Shown here piece by piece: positions 18,835 through 28,715 of a DNA stretch of 64,000 nucleotides. The notes beneath the pieces are model-generated. The model was not told the DNA's origin and made no database searches. It saw nothing but the letters and a program-made list of their open reading frames with translations. Each line of letters starts with the position of its first letter. Position 1 is the stretch's first letter. Source of the DNA: Candidatus Latescibacterota bacterium (GTDB lineage Bacteria; Latescibacterota; UBA2968). Location: contig OZ242195.1 in NCBI GenBank assembly GCA_965205975.1, forward strand, positions 352,001 through 416,000. Reading direction: 5' to 3'. The translations under genes were made by a program, and so were the position numbers.

Positions 18835-19593
18835 ATGCACACCAGCACCCTCTTAATCTCTCAGGATTTTGAATACTGGCAATCTGGCGAAAACGGCCTC
18901 ACTTGCGTCGATTTTGAGACCTTCTGTCCGGACTACCACGAATTGGACCGCATGGGTGTCATCTCTCCCCATCTTGAAGACGGCATACTGCACGCCGGAT
19001 ATGCACTTCTGGCACTGACCACCGCCTTTTACGATATCTGGCGCGCACGCACGGAGGATTTTTTTATCTATCCCCAGCACTTTGCCATCCTGGACATCAC
19101 CCGAGAAGGCGTCAACTCGGGATGCGGACGCCTGCCACTTGAGAAAAATACGCTGGGCGGTCCCTGGGGCAACTTAGATGTCTGGCCCGACTCAAAATGG
19201 ATTTCCACCCACGGCAGCGTTTCCGGCATGCTCAAGAAAGCGTTTGATCTCCAGATCAACCGCCTATTCTGGCCCGAAGACTTCCGCCCAAATCGCGAAG
19301 AAAAATCTCTACCTGCTTATGCGGTCAAAATGCTCCGTACCCACCTGAAAGCTGTCTATTATTACAACACCTCCGAACCCAATATCGAAATCCATACCGC
19401 ACAAAACGTGCAGGATCTCCTTCAGACGAGCCTCAATAGACTGTCCGACATAGATGGTCTATCAATACAACACTCTCTTCGGCGACAGGTTCTCGAAAAC
19501 CCACAGACCGATCATCGTTACGTCGAACAGTATCGCAAAGTAGATCTGGATCATTTTCTCAACGACATGGCAGATTGCTTTGAAAATGCCTGA
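18835..19593 (+). CDS. Hypothetical protein
   Basis: 252-aa ORF in operon context with protein-like composition; no family recognised. Confidence 0.7.
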   Translation: MHTSTLLISQDFEYWQSGENGLTCVDFETFCPDYHELDRMGVISPHLEDGILHAGYALLALTTAFYDIWRARTEDFFIYPQHFAILDITREGVNSGCGRLPLEKNTLGGPWGNLDVWPDSKWISTHGSVSGMLKKAFDLQINRLFWPEDFRPNREEKSLPAYAVKMLRTHLKAVYYYNTSEPNIEIHTAQNVQDLLQTSLNRLSDIDGLSIQHSLRRQVLENPQTDHRYVEQYRKVDLDHFLNDMADCFENA

Positions 19594-19629
19594 TTGAGCC
19601 TCTCATAATTTTTTCTTGCGAGGAATTCT

Positions 19630-20990
19630 TTGGCCAACGGTCAACTCCTACACCTGCTAACCGCCCGCGCCGAGTCTAAAAATCCTCTTCGCGTGGGCCT
19701 CATCGGCGCTGGAAAATTCGGCACCATGTTCCTGGCTCAGGCTCGCCGCGTTGCGGGTCTGCACGTCCTGGGTGTGGCCGATCTATCCCTGCACCGGGCG
19801 CGTGAAGCCCTCAGGCGTGCTGAGTGGCCGCCCGAACAATTTGCCGCAATCCCACTGCGATCACGCCCTCAAAACCGGCGCCACCATCTCACCGATGACG
19901 GCGATGCCCTCATCCGGGCGGACGGTCTGGACGTTCTGGTCGAAGCCACTGGCAATCCTCTCGCAGGCATCCACCACGCCCTTCAAGCCATCGAACACGG
20001 GCGCCACCTGGTCATGGTCAATGTCGAAGCAGACGTCCTGGTCGGTCCCATTCTGGCTCAACGTGCAGCATCTGCTGGCCTCGTGTACACCCTCGCCTAT
20101 GGCGACCAACCGGCTTTGATCTGTGAACTGGTTGAATGGGCACAGACCAATGGCTTCGACATTGTCTGCGCTGGCAAGGGCACCAAATACCGGCCCGCGT
20201 ACCACACATCCACTCCTGATACTGTCTGGGAGCACTACGGTTTCGATGCTAAAACCGCTGCAAAAGGCGGTCTGAATCCCCGTATGTTCAACTCCTTTTT
20301 GGACGGGACAAAATCCGCCATTGAAATGGCCGCTGTCTCAAATGCCACTGGCCTGAATCCTCAGCCCGAAGGCCTGAAATTCCCACCCTGCGGCATTGAC
20401 CATCTACCCGATATTTGCCGGCCTCATAGCGACGGGGGGCAACTTTCCCACAAAGGAACCGTCGAAGTCGTCTCCAGCCTGCAACCAGATGGAACCCTGT
20501 AGATCGGGATCTGCGCTGGGGTGTTTACATCACAATCGAAGCTCCCGGCGACTACATCCGCCGCTGCTTCTCCGAATACGGCCTTCCCACTGATTCCACT
20601 GGACGTTACACGGCCATCTACCGCCCCTACCACCTGGTTGGCATGGAACTCACCACCAGCGTCTTGCGCGCTGGCTTGCGCGGCGAAGCCAGCGGCGCGC
20701 CCGTTGTTTTTAATGCAGACGTTGTCGCCATTGCAAAACGCGATCTCTCCGAGGGAGAAGTCCTGGACGGCGAAGGTGGCTACCGCGTGTACGGCAAGCT
20801 CATGCCGGCTGGCCAAGCTCGTACATCCAACACCCTGCCCATCGGCCTGGCTCACAATCTCAAGCTAAAACACAAAATCGCAGCGGGACAACCCATACAC
20901 CAATCCGATGTCGAATTGGACGAAGACAACGCCATTCTCCGCCTCCGCCGGGAAATGGTACAACGCTTTGCAGAATCCCTGCGCCGTTAA
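19630..20990 (+). pseudogene. Frameshifted homoserine-dehydrogenase-like NAD(P)-dependent oxidoreductase with C-terminal SAF domain (pseudogene or sequencing errors)
   Basis: GLIGAGKFG, VEATG, NVEAD, GDQP, DGTKSAIEMAAV; adding one C at ~20498 restores DGTPVDRDLRWGV...YRPYHLVGME...AKRDL..GEVLDGEGGY; a second local frame excursion at ~19850-19886. Confidence 0.8.
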
Positions 20991-21018
20991 ATTAAAAATT
21001 AGGAAAGGGAGCAAAATA

Positions 21019-21348
21019 ATGAACAATGAACAATCGCTTTTGCCGCCGAAAATTTCATTTTTTGAAAAACGATTGACGATAATTCTCGCTCGAGATGATG
21101 CGATGGTATGCGCTTTCTGCCCCGAATTGGATTTGGTGACTGAAATGGCAACGCCTGATGAAGCGCTGGAAGATATGCTGGAATCCATGCAGGATTATGC
21201 TGAGGAATATTTAGAGGACTTAGAAATTTATGAAAACAGTCCCAATCGCGCCCACCATTTGCCTTATATCCAGGCGATTGCTGCATGTAAAGATGTCTGG
21301 GATATTCGCATGCTAATTGAAATTCACCATGGCCGTGTACAGGTTTGA
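21019..21348 (+). CDS. HicB-like antitoxin
   Basis: CAFCPELDLVTEMATPDEALEDM matches the HicB partial RNase H pattern; acidic; overlaps the next ORF. Confidence 0.65.
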   Translation: MNNEQSLLPPKISFFEKRLTIILARDDAMVCAFCPELDLVTEMATPDEALEDMLESMQDYAEEYLEDLEIYENSPNRAHHLPYIQAIAACKDVWDIRMLIEIHHGRVQV

Positions 21349-21553
21349 TCAATTTCGCAAAGTGTTGCGCGTTTTGGGATTCGCAAAAATTCGATCTCGG
21401 AAACACGAGACTTGGCGCAAAGTGCTCGTAAACGGAACGATTTTGCGCGTTCGCATTAGCCACAAACATGGACGAGATATTCCGCGGTGGCTATTTTATG
21501 AAATGCTGAGACAGGCGGGAATTAATGAAAAGAAATTTCGAGAATTGATGTAG
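21329..21553 (+). CDS. HicA-like mRNA interferase toxin
   Basis: 74 aa, basic; KVLRVLGF...KHE...ISHKHGRDIP...MLRQAGI pattern. Confidence 0.65.
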   Translation: MAVYRFDQFRKVLRVLGFAKIRSRKHETWRKVLVNGTILRVRISHKHGRDIPRWLFYEMLRQAGINEKKFRELM

Positions 21554-21631
21554 AATGGCTCCCCTTAAACAATCCAAGCCCCAGAGAACTGCACCACTGT
21601 CTATAAACTGACGCTTCCATACTGAATAAAA

Positions 21632-21830
21632 TCATTTCAGCACATGCTTGGACAGACTCACCGGATGCACAGCGTAAACACGAGCGATTTCTGCATGCTC
21701 TTTGTCCGAAGTCAGTGCTTCTAACACGACCTATAATTTGAGTTTAGCGGAATAGGACTTCTTGGTTTTCTTCGACATGGTATCTCCTCCTGTTAGGTGA
21801 GAAAATACCACGCTGATAGCCCTAATGTCA
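21632..21830 (-). mobile_element. IS3-family transposase OrfA remnant with probable left end
   Basis: GGAGG RBS then MSKKTKKSYSAKLKL*VVLEALTSDKEHAEIARVYAVHPVSLSK (HTH_Tnp_1-like) from 21778; in-frame TAG at 21733-21731; truncated; no OrfB. Confidence 0.7.
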
Positions 21831-21846
21831 CAGCCTTTATACCGGG

Positions 21847-22227
21847 TCAATTTTCGGGATGCACCTCATGAAAACCATTATCAATAAGATCATTATAACT
21901 AACAGGTTCTTGGATAGACTCAGCGAACTCTAACGCTTCGTTACGAGAAGGAAATTTCTTAACTAAATAACGATGAATATGAAAAGGAGAAAATCTTGAC
22001 CGACGATCAACTTCTACTTCTACTATATGATCTTTTGGTGGATCTTTAAATCCATATATTGTAATTTTACATTTGTCGGCTAAAGCATCCCTATTAGGCC
22101 AATCATCGTCTATCGGTAAGGGATGAGAAAGCGCACAGTAACGAAGTCTCCGAACTTGTGCTTTTTTTTGATCAAATGTAAATCTACATCTATTCCTACG
22201 AGAATAAGAACTTCTTCTTCTAGCCAT
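21847..22227 (-). CDS. Hypothetical protein (AT-rich, 126 aa)
   Basis: ATG ORF with G-rich RBS, located next to the IS remnant. Confidence 0.55.
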   Translation of the reverse strand: MARRRSSYSRRNRCRFTFDQKKAQVRRLRYCALSHPLPIDDDWPNRDALADKCKITIYGFKDPPKDHIVEVEVDRRSRFSPFHIHRYLVKKFPSRNEALEFAESIQEPVSYNDLIDNGFHEVHPEN

Positions 22228-22334
22228 GAGAGAACCCCCTTTTCAAATTTTATGTCGCCAATCAATCTGCACATTTTCACAGTTGAATCTGCTGTCTCCC
22301 ATTTACATTGGAGCCTCTAATATTTCAACTAAAA

Positions 22335-23237
22335 TCAGCACAATACCCTCGTGCGGAATAGAGGGTGAAGTTTTGCGAGAATGGCGTCGAGTTCGCGGTG
22401 GTCGTCGTCGTCCAATTGTGTGCTGCCGGGCGCGCGCATGCCGCTCGTTTTGAAGATGCCTCGGCGAATGAGTACTTCTTTGACCAGACGGAGACCGAGG
22501 ATCTGGATCAGGTTGGTGAGTGGAAGGAGTTGATCGAAGAGATCGCGTGCTCTGTCTTCATCGCCTGATTGAAAAGCATCCCAGATATCAACGTGAATAT
22601 CGACAACCGGGGCGCCGGGCATAAAGCCACTGGCGCCTCGTCGCATTTCTGAGATCATCCAGCGGCACCACGCCCCGCCAAAAACGCCCTGACAGTGGTC
22701 ACCGGCTTCGGCGACGATGGCACTGATGTGATGTGCGCTGGGGTTGGCTTCTTCTTTGACGTAGATGAGGTGCTCGACTTCGGTGAGCAGGCGAACGAGT
22801 GCGGGAGGTTGCATGCCAGTACCTGCGTTCTGGATGAAAATGGGCAATTGTCCCGCGCTGGAAATGGCCTCGAAGTAGCGGAGGTTTTCGTCGGGTCCTC
22901 CGCTGCCCATATAGGGGGGCATGGCGATGACGGCATCGGCACCTGCGCGTCCGGCATGGGCGGCGTGTTCGGTGGCTGTGGAGATATTGGTACCGGCCAC
23001 ACCGGTGATGACGGGCGTGCGTTTGTCGGTTTTTTTGACGACGATTTCGACCAGGGTTTGTCGCTCTCGGTCGGAGAGATATTGAAATTCACCCCCGAGC
23101 ACGGGAAAAACCAGGCCACCTGCACCTGCGGCGATGCAGAAGTCGATTTGCCGCTCCAGGCTTTCGATGTCGAAGTCACCGGATTCGGCAACAGGTGTTT
23201 GTAATACGGGCAAGATACCGCGGATGGGATCGCTCAC
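22335..23237 (-). CDS. DapA-family aldolase/dehydratase (second paralogue)
   Basis: GILPVLQTP, VLGGEF, YVKEE; AGGAG RBS with GTG start. Confidence 0.88.
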   Translation of the reverse strand: MSDPIRGILPVLQTPVAESGDFDIESLERQIDFCIAAGAGGLVFPVLGGEFQYLSDRERQTLVEIVVKKTDKRTPVITGVAGTNISTATEHAAHAGRAGADAVIAMPPYMGSGGPDENLRYFEAISSAGQLPIFIQNAGTGMQPPALVRLLTEVEHLIYVKEEANPSAHHISAIVAEAGDHCQGVFGGAWCRWMISEMRRGASGFMPGAPVVDIHVDIWDAFQSGDEDRARDLFDQLLPLTNLIQILGLRLVKEVLIRRGIFKTSGMRAPGSTQLDDDDHRELDAILAKLHPLFRTRVLC

Positions 23238-23269
23238 GGTGGTCTCCTGTAGGTTAGAATTGCTGGCTG

Positions 23270-25939
23270 CTAATAATCGTACGATAGCGAAATATTCCAG
23301 CGGCGCGATAGGCCGAGGAATACGCGGGCACTCGCTGCGTCGTGATTGTTGCCGTCATCTGCATCGGACACGTAGCGTTCGTCAAATAAATTGAAGACGT
23401 GTAATTGCAGTTTTACTTTGCCATTTCCAAATGTATCGCCGGGCAGGGTGTAGCCCGCATGCAGGTTTACCAGGTTGTAATTTGGGAGTTGCCAGGACTG
23501 TTCTCGGTCGCTGGCATCTGTTCGATTGGCGGGATCGAATTTGGCGTAGTGATCCATAAAACGCCGCAGATTCAGCGAGGCGTAGAGGCCGCGTTTGGGA
23601 AATACTGTACCGCTTAGCGCAAGGGTTTTTTGCGCCGAGTCACCCACTTTTAGACCTTTGGCATAGACTTGAAAATTGCCGATAACAGATGGGTCTTCTT
23701 CCGGTGAAAATGTGACATTGGCATCGTTGAGCCATTCCCAATTGCCCAGCGATAACATGCCGCGTACTTCCAGCATGGAATGGGGGCGCGCTTTCAGGTC
23801 GAACTCTATACCTGTGTGCCGCGCGTCAATGCCGTTTAGCAAAAACCGAAAGCTCTGGTCGAGTTTTTCGCTGTAAATGCTCTTGGGCCACGAACGGTCT
23901 ATCCATCTGGTGTAATAGAAATTTGTGTTTGCTGTCACTACGCCGCGTTTGAAATAACCGGTGCCCAGTTCAAAGGAGGCTACTTTTTCATTGAATGTGG
24001 GATCGTAGAGGCTGTTGTCGTAGTGATAAACGGAGTCGAATTTGGGTGCTGTTGAAAGCCAGCCGATGTTGGCATATATATTTACTGCGGGGGTTGCATT
24101 GTAGTTGCCGCCCACTTTTGCGGTGTAGCCTTTGAAGTTTTCCCAGTCTGTCTGATCCCAGTCGCCGTTGACCTTTGTGCGGAAATAGTCGATGCGTTTA
24201 TAACCGGTTATGGACGCAGATGTGCTCAGAAATGCCGTAAAGTTGTTAAACCGGCCTTCGAGTTGTGCAAAACCGCCACCCCAGCGCGTAAGACCATCGT
24301 TGTGGTATGAGACTTTGTCACCCAGTCGCTTGACGGAGGTCGTGGCATTGTTGTCCCAGGGGAAGACGTAATAATCGGCACCGAGCAGATTGCGTACTTC
24401 GCGCCAGTGTTGCCCTCTGTAATAGCGCAAATCTATACCAAAGGCCAGCGTATAGATGTTGCTTAAGCGGTATTCGGCCGTGCTCAAATAACCATACCAG
24501 AAGTGTTGGTTGACCGAGTTTCGGATGACGGTTCTTGCCGCAATTTCACCGCTGCTCACTTCGCCTGTACCCACGAGGTCGGGATGGGCTTCCGATGCTG
24601 TTTGGGTGTTTAATTCATCGGCAACGCGTTGCCAGTTGATGCTGCCATCGGGTAGTGCCCTCGGGTTGGTACCCAAACGCCCTGTGCCACCGCCTTTGCC
24701 GCGCGAAAAATAAAATACGTTGGACAGGATAAATTGCTCGTTAGGAGTCCAGTACCAGTTCAAATTGACCTGGGGTTTGTGGTAAAAATTCTCGCGTTCC
24801 ATGATGATTTTGCTATCGCGCGCGTCGTGTACCTGACCGTTGTAGTACTCCTGATACGATGAAAATGGCGAGCGTCCCCAGTTGGGGTTGTAATCAATGC
24901 CGTAGTTTATAGCCTCCGAAACATCAATGCCCAGAGATCGGGCGTAATCGGCATCAAAGGTTGCGATAGATTGCTTGTAGAGGCGGTGTCCGTGACGTTG
25001 TGGCGCGCCTACGACAAACAGATCAATTTTGTGTGTCTCGGATGCTAAAAAGCTCAGTGCGCCGAAATAGGACCACGCCGATGTCCATGCTTGATCGGGC
25101 AGGCCATCGCCAGTTTTGCGCGTGAGGCCCAGGGTGAAAGCGGTTTTGCCGTTCATCAAACCCGATGAAAAATTGACTGTGGTTTTATAAAAGGCGTTGT
25201 TTCCCGCCTCCTGTTTGATTTTGAATCCGCGCTGTTGACGGGCGATGTCGGTGACAATGTTCATGGTGCCACCCACTGAGGCTATTGCCAGATTTGAGGC
25301 GCCCAATCCGCGCTGTACCTGAATTGATGATGTGACATCGCTCAGGCCATCCCAGTTGGACCAATAGACCCAGCCGTTTTCCATATCGTTGACTGGCACA
25401 CCATTGATCATGACGGCGACGTTGCGCTGGTCAAATCCCCTCACATTGATACGAGAATCGCCAGGGCCTCCACCTTGCTCGGTTGCATAAACACCTGGCG
25501 TATCATTCAAAATCATCGGGAGATCGCGCGAGCCGAGTTTGCGCTCCATATCGGCTTTTGGAACGTCTGAGAAGGCAACGGGTGTTTCGCGCAGTTTGGC
25601 GCGGTCGGCAACGACGGTGACTTCTTTGCCCCGAAATGCTTCGGGCATGAGTTCTACAATTAACTCGGCAGCATCCGCTTTTACAACAATGGCGTTGCGA
25701 TATTCTTTGTATCCTACAAAACTTATGACGAGTGTATAGCTGCCCTCGCCGACTCTGCTGATCTCAAATTGTCCATCGAGGTCAGCAGTAGTTCCTCGCC
25801 CAACACCATCTAAATACACGTTTGCGCCCGGCAGGGCTTCACCGGTTTCGGCATCGCGTACTTTGCCTTTTAATTCGACAGCAGATAGGGTTGAGTGGGC
25901 CAGAAAGAACAGAGCAAAAAACATAATCAGTTGCTTCAT
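23270..25939 (-). CDS. TonB-dependent receptor with N-terminal carboxypeptidase-regulatory-like domain
   Basis: Signal peptide; GKVRDAETGEALPGANV; plug domain RINVRGFDQ...INGVPVND; C-terminal VFNLFDERY...ISLSYDY. Confidence 0.92.
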   Translation of the reverse strand: MKQLIMFFALFFLAHSTLSAVELKGKVRDAETGEALPGANVYLDGVGRGTTADLDGQFEISRVGEGSYTLVISFVGYKEYRNAIVVKADAAELIVELMPEAFRGKEVTVVADRAKLRETPVAFSDVPKADMERKLGSRDLPMILNDTPGVYATEQGGGPGDSRINVRGFDQRNVAVMINGVPVNDMENGWVYWSNWDGLSDVTSSIQVQRGLGASNLAIASVGGTMNIVTDIARQQRGFKIKQEAGNNAFYKTTVNFSSGLMNGKTAFTLGLTRKTGDGLPDQAWTSAWSYFGALSFLASETHKIDLFVVGAPQRHGHRLYKQSIATFDADYARSLGIDVSEAINYGIDYNPNWGRSPFSSYQEYYNGQVHDARDSKIIMERENFYHKPQVNLNWYWTPNEQFILSNVFYFSRGKGGGTGRLGTNPRALPDGSINWQRVADELNTQTASEAHPDLVGTGEVSSGEIAARTVIRNSVNQHFWYGYLSTAEYRLSNIYTLAFGIDLRYYRGQHWREVRNLLGADYYVFPWDNNATTSVKRLGDKVSYHNDGLTRWGGGFAQLEGRFNNFTAFLSTSASITGYKRIDYFRTKVNGDWDQTDWENFKGYTAKVGGNYNATPAVNIYANIGWLSTAPKFDSVYHYDNSLYDPTFNEKVASFELGTGYFKRGVVTANTNFYYTRWIDRSWPKSIYSEKLDQSFRFLLNGIDARHTGIEFDLKARPHSMLEVRGMLSLGNWEWLNDANVTFSPEEDPSVIGNFQVYAKGLKVGDSAQKTLALSGTVFPKRGLYASLNLRRFMDHYAKFDPANRTDASDREQSWQLPNYNLVNLHAGYTLPGDTFGNGKVKLQLHVFNLFDERYVSDADDGNNHDAASARVFLGLSRRWNISLSYDY

Positions 25940-26030
25940 ACTGTACCTCCTTAAAAAATGGGACACATACGCTATGTGCGGCGTATTGGACGATGTTGTT
26001 GTGCTAATATATACAATTTTATGTTAAAAA

Positions 26031-26297
26031 TTAAAATTTGCGGTCTGGCACTTTCCAGTTGGCGTACCAGACAGAGTCTTCTGGAAGCGTGGCGTCGTCT
26101 GACCAGGCTGTTTGCATCGTGCGGAAGTTGGGTAGTTCGGGGCGGATAACGGTTTCCCAGATGTGTTCGACCTGGTCAAAGGTGCGTAGTTGTTGCGTGG
26201 GTTTTTCCGATTCATACGCGGCGAGCAGTTCTCTAACTTTGTTGCCGAGCCACTCTATTTCGTCATTGACCAGGTGCTCCCAGCGTACGTCTCTCAC
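26031..26297 (-). CDS. Small hypothetical protein (88 aa)
   Basis: AAGGAG RBS before GTG; co-oriented between the two larger minus-strand genes. Confidence 0.6.
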   Translation of the reverse strand: MRDVRWEHLVNDEIEWLGNKVRELLAAYESEKPTQQLRTFDQVEHIWETVIRPELPNFRTMQTAWSDDATLPEDSVWYANWKVPDRKF

Positions 26298-26331
26298 GGC
26301 GGAGTACTCCTTTTGAAAAATTGGAATGAAG

Positions 26332-28695
26332 CTATGATTCCAAATCGTGGTGCAGTTTTAGTTTGGCGATAAATTCTGGTGTGAGTGTGGTTCCCGAGTT
26401 TTTGAGATGATTTATGACATCATTCCCAAGTGCTGTGTTGAGATGGTAGTGTTGTACAGATTCGTTGATTTTTATGAAGCCCAGGCGGTTCATCAGGTCC
26501 GGGTTCATTGTGCCGTTGACGATGGGCGTGTGAAGGGTGCAGTTGGTGAAGCGCGTGCCCAGTGTGCTTTGGACAATGTAAAATTGCTCTGGTATTTTTT
26601 TTACGTCGGGTTGGAGACGGCACTCGGTAAATACGAGTTCGCCCCGCAAATTGGGTGCGGCTATGGTGTTCAGACTACACCGTTCAAAAGTCGCGCTGGC
26701 AATGCAGTTGCCCAGATATGCGCTAATATTTTCACAGTCGATAAATCGCATTTTGGGATAGAGGGCGAGTGCATCGGTATAGTCGGTCGTTGATTCTCCA
26801 CCGATCAGGATATGTACCTGTTCGTCATCGTCGGCAATTTCCTGGATGAATTTTTCGAGTTGGACATTGTCGCAGATGAGGGTGCTGTTGGCGTGGAGTT
26901 GCGTGTCATCATAGCCGCCATTGCGGCGCAGGTCGTAGTGGTGTGGATTGGGTATGCGGATGAGGCGAACGCCTTGCTTTCGGCCTTCGACGGTGATGTT
27001 TCGAAATTCAATGCGATGGGGAAAGAAGAGGCGGGTATTGTTTTTGGTTTTGGAAAAGGGGACAGTGTCCATCAGCCAGCACGGTGCAGTTGATGCAGGT
27101 GCAGCACTGTAATCGATGAGCAGGTCTTCGATTGTGACCGTGCGTGCAAATCCTATGGGATACTGGTAATCGAAATCGGACGGATGATAGGATAGGACAG
27201 AAACGCGGCCATTGCTACTGGGCATTAACCGGCAGCCGCGGATGCGTATGTGCCCGTCCCATTTGGCTCCATAGTCACGCCGGAAATTGACGAATTGGTT
27301 GCCGTGGCGCGTGGTGTTTTCGATTACCAATTCACCGCCGCCTGTAAGCGCGATGCCTTTGAAGCCAATGGTGCAATTGCTGATGTAGAGGTTCCAGCAG
27401 TGAAAATGCACATCGATGCGGTTGAGACGACAGTTTTCAAAGCGGAAGTTTTTGTTGAGGTTGGTGCCAAAAACGCCCCAGGCTACCCAGCCACCTTCTG
27501 CTGTGATGTTGCGAAAGGTGCAATTGAGCATCCGCGCGCCCCCAATACCATAGGTGCCCGCGCCGAGGACTTTGCCTTCTTCTTCGCGATTTTTCTCCCA
27601 GGGCATTGCGCGGATATTTTCCAGTGTGACGTCGTAAACACCGCTGAATACGTAAAAGCCGCGACGGGGATGCATGGAGATATCTCGGTTCCCTTTTTCC
27701 AGGCCCATCCATTGTTCGCGGATGATGGTGCGGCTGCGTTTTATAGAGATGCCGTGGTGGTGATACCTCCAGGAGCTACCGCTGCCACTGTCGCCAGAAA
27801 AGTAAAATCCGCCGCCTTCGACGATGAGGTAATTGTCATTGCAGGGTATGGCGGTGATGTCGGTGAAGTTTTTGAATTCCCAGGCAATGTCGCCAATGAT
27901 GCGGCCCTCTTCTTCGATGTAGAACAATTCTTCGCGCCCCCATCCCGCCTTTGAATAATTACCTGCCCGGATACCAATGCGGTCATCGTCATCTTCGGCG
28001 ATGATAAGATGTCCCGCATATTGCGACAGTTCGGGAATGAGTTGCACGCCGGGTTTTAATTTTTCCAATAAAGCCGCTTTGATGGTTTCGTCTCGCGTGA
28101 GTTTTTTTGACGGGTGATCGTTGAGAATTTCAAAGCGTGGCTCCCTTTGGCTGTTGTACTGTTCATCGATGTGAAAAATTGTTTGTCCCCATGAGACGTT
28201 GGTTTTGATGGGTATGTCATTGGTTTGCGCGATCCAGTATTCGCCGCTTAAATTCACAATTGGGACTTTGCGCGCATTGGCGTATTTATGCGCCAGGGTT
28301 ATTTGTACGCCATCGTCGTTTTTACCGTCGCCAATCGCCCCAAACATTTTGTAGTTCACGGCTTTGTTTTCGTGTAAAATGGCGACTGATCCATTGTCCA
28401 GTGCGATTATGTCGGCATCGTTTGGCAGGATATTTGCATCCATTTTTTCGATGTGATACAGGGCTGCGCCACCATCGCCAGGGATGTAAAAACCCGCGGT
28501 TTCTACCCATTCGCCTTCGCGGATTTCGGGCGAGGATTTCATAGCTTGTACGGTGGGGTAGCGCGTTATGGTTGCACTATTTGTTGTGTTCACGGTGGTC
28601 TCCTGAGACAATGCGTGCTGTGTGAGGACAATGCCACTGATACCAATGCCAGCGATTGCTTTGCGTCTGGATAATTTATTTGGTTGTTCAGACAT
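26332..28695 (-). CDS. Tat-exported putative right-handed beta-helix (tailspike/pectate lyase-like) protein
   Basis: SRRKAI + hydrophobic stretch; TAGFYIPGDGGAALY and VNYKMFGAIGDGKNDD motifs; repeated T(L/F)EN(I/C)-type rungs. Confidence 0.65.
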   Translation of the reverse strand: MSEQPNKLSRRKAIAGIGISGIVLTQHALSQETTVNTTNSATITRYPTVQAMKSSPEIREGEWVETAGFYIPGDGGAALYHIEKMDANILPNDADIIALDNGSVAILHENKAVNYKMFGAIGDGKNDDGVQITLAHKYANARKVPIVNLSGEYWIAQTNDIPIKTNVSWGQTIFHIDEQYNSQREPRFEILNDHPSKKLTRDETIKAALLEKLKPGVQLIPELSQYAGHLIIAEDDDDRIGIRAGNYSKAGWGREELFYIEEEGRIIGDIAWEFKNFTDITAIPCNDNYLIVEGGGFYFSGDSGSGSSWRYHHHGISIKRSRTIIREQWMGLEKGNRDISMHPRRGFYVFSGVYDVTLENIRAMPWEKNREEEGKVLGAGTYGIGGARMLNCTFRNITAEGGWVAWGVFGTNLNKNFRFENCRLNRIDVHFHCWNLYISNCTIGFKGIALTGGGELVIENTTRHGNQFVNFRRDYGAKWDGHIRIRGCRLMPSSNGRVSVLSYHPSDFDYQYPIGFARTVTIEDLLIDYSAAPASTAPCWLMDTVPFSKTKNNTRLFFPHRIEFRNITVEGRKQGVRLIRIPNPHHYDLRRNGGYDDTQLHANSTLICDNVQLEKFIQEIADDDEQVHILIGGESTTDYTDALALYPKMRFIDCENISAYLGNCIASATFERCSLNTIAAPNLRGELVFTECRLQPDVKKIPEQFYIVQSTLGTRFTNCTLHTPIVNGTMNPDLMNRLGFIKINESVQHYHLNTALGNDVINHLKNSGTTLTPEFIAKLKLHHDLES

Positions 28696-28715
28696 GGTTT
28701 TTCCCTATATGTTTT

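Noticed and set aside
21731..21733. In-frame TAG as pyrrolysine or recoding
   Set aside because: It lies in a truncated IS fragment; a nonsense mutation is the simpler explanation
25940..26030. Cobalamin or TPP riboswitch upstream of the TonB receptor
   Set aside because: Gap is only about 90 nt and lacks B12-box or TPP consensus
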